Shown: positions 24,522 through 24,696 of the stretch, piece by piece
How positions within the stretch are numbered: position 1 is the stretch's first letter
Layout: each line of letters begins with the position of its first letter
IMG/VR virus record: IMGVR_UViG_3300044620_001082
Location: 1 to 24,696 of that record
Origin: a virus
Taxonomy: Duplodnaviria; Caudoviricetes
Direction: 5' to 3' (one strand)
Length of the DNA: 24,696 nucleotides
Program-made: the position numbers and the translations under genes
Notes under the pieces: generated by a model
Database searches by the model: none
Told to the model about the DNA's origin: nothing
Seen by the model: only the letters and a program-made list of their open reading frames with translations

Positions 24522-24696
24522 TGCCAGTAATAATTAACGCATCAATGGATGCGTCAAGAGCGTATAAAAAACTTTTTGCCATGGAAGCAAGAAGTAAGAA
24601 CTTTATGCCCGTCTTTGAGAAGGCAAGACTTGAACTACAGGCTGCGAATGCATCTAACTTTGCATTAGGTGGACTTCCTGCTGGTGGATGGAAGCC
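24521..24696 (+). CDS. Virion morphogenesis / tail-completion protein (Mu gpG-like), truncated by window edge; not in the ORF track
   Basis: TAATG overlap; MPVIINASMDASRAYKKLFAMEARSKNFMPVFEKARLELQAANASNFALGGLPAGGWK, with an F...G....W.P pattern; follows the adaptor gene. Confidence 0.65.
   Translation, partial: MPVIINASMDASRAYKKLFAMEARSKNFMPVFEKARLELQAANASNFALGGLPAGGWK

Noticed and set aside
1-24696. tRNA, rRNA, integrase, transposase or reverse transcriptase genes
   Set aside because: None recognised; intergenic gaps are all under about 100 bp and showed no cloverleaf by eye (tRNAscan-SE/Infernal not run).

Overview
A 24.7 kb segment of a tailed dsDNA phage (Caudoviricetes). A large actinobacterial phage is my inference from the protein motifs; this is not verified. 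The left 14 kb (minus strand) is an expanded head-morphogenesis region: a small membrane protein, a portal-MuF fusion, a 956-aa HK97-type prohead protease with a long modular tail, then about 8.6 kb of accessory genes with no major capsid protein before the window edge. The right part (mostly plus strand) carries terminase large subunit, a Rad52-like annealing protein, a Cas4/RecB-like nuclease, HNH, RuvC, a ParB / PAPS-reductase / ParB (IbrAB-like) cluster, a head-tail adaptor and the start of a virion morphogenesis gene. A three-gene minus-strand island interrupts it. The main observation is a ~40-aa peptide tag (K-[AS]..RR.GR...RFD..A.DGD.DGLVQ..T.FERP) present three times in three head-region proteins, each time in front of a different cargo: sigma-R4 HTH plus 2 KTSC-like modules, a zincin protease, or 5 HTH repeats. 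The third copy is missing from the ORF track and is reachable only by a -1 frameshift at T_TTA_AAA (8309-8303), which is followed by a long GC-rich hairpin. I interpret this as a candidate protease-processed, capsid-loaded cargo system with recoding-controlled stoichiometry.
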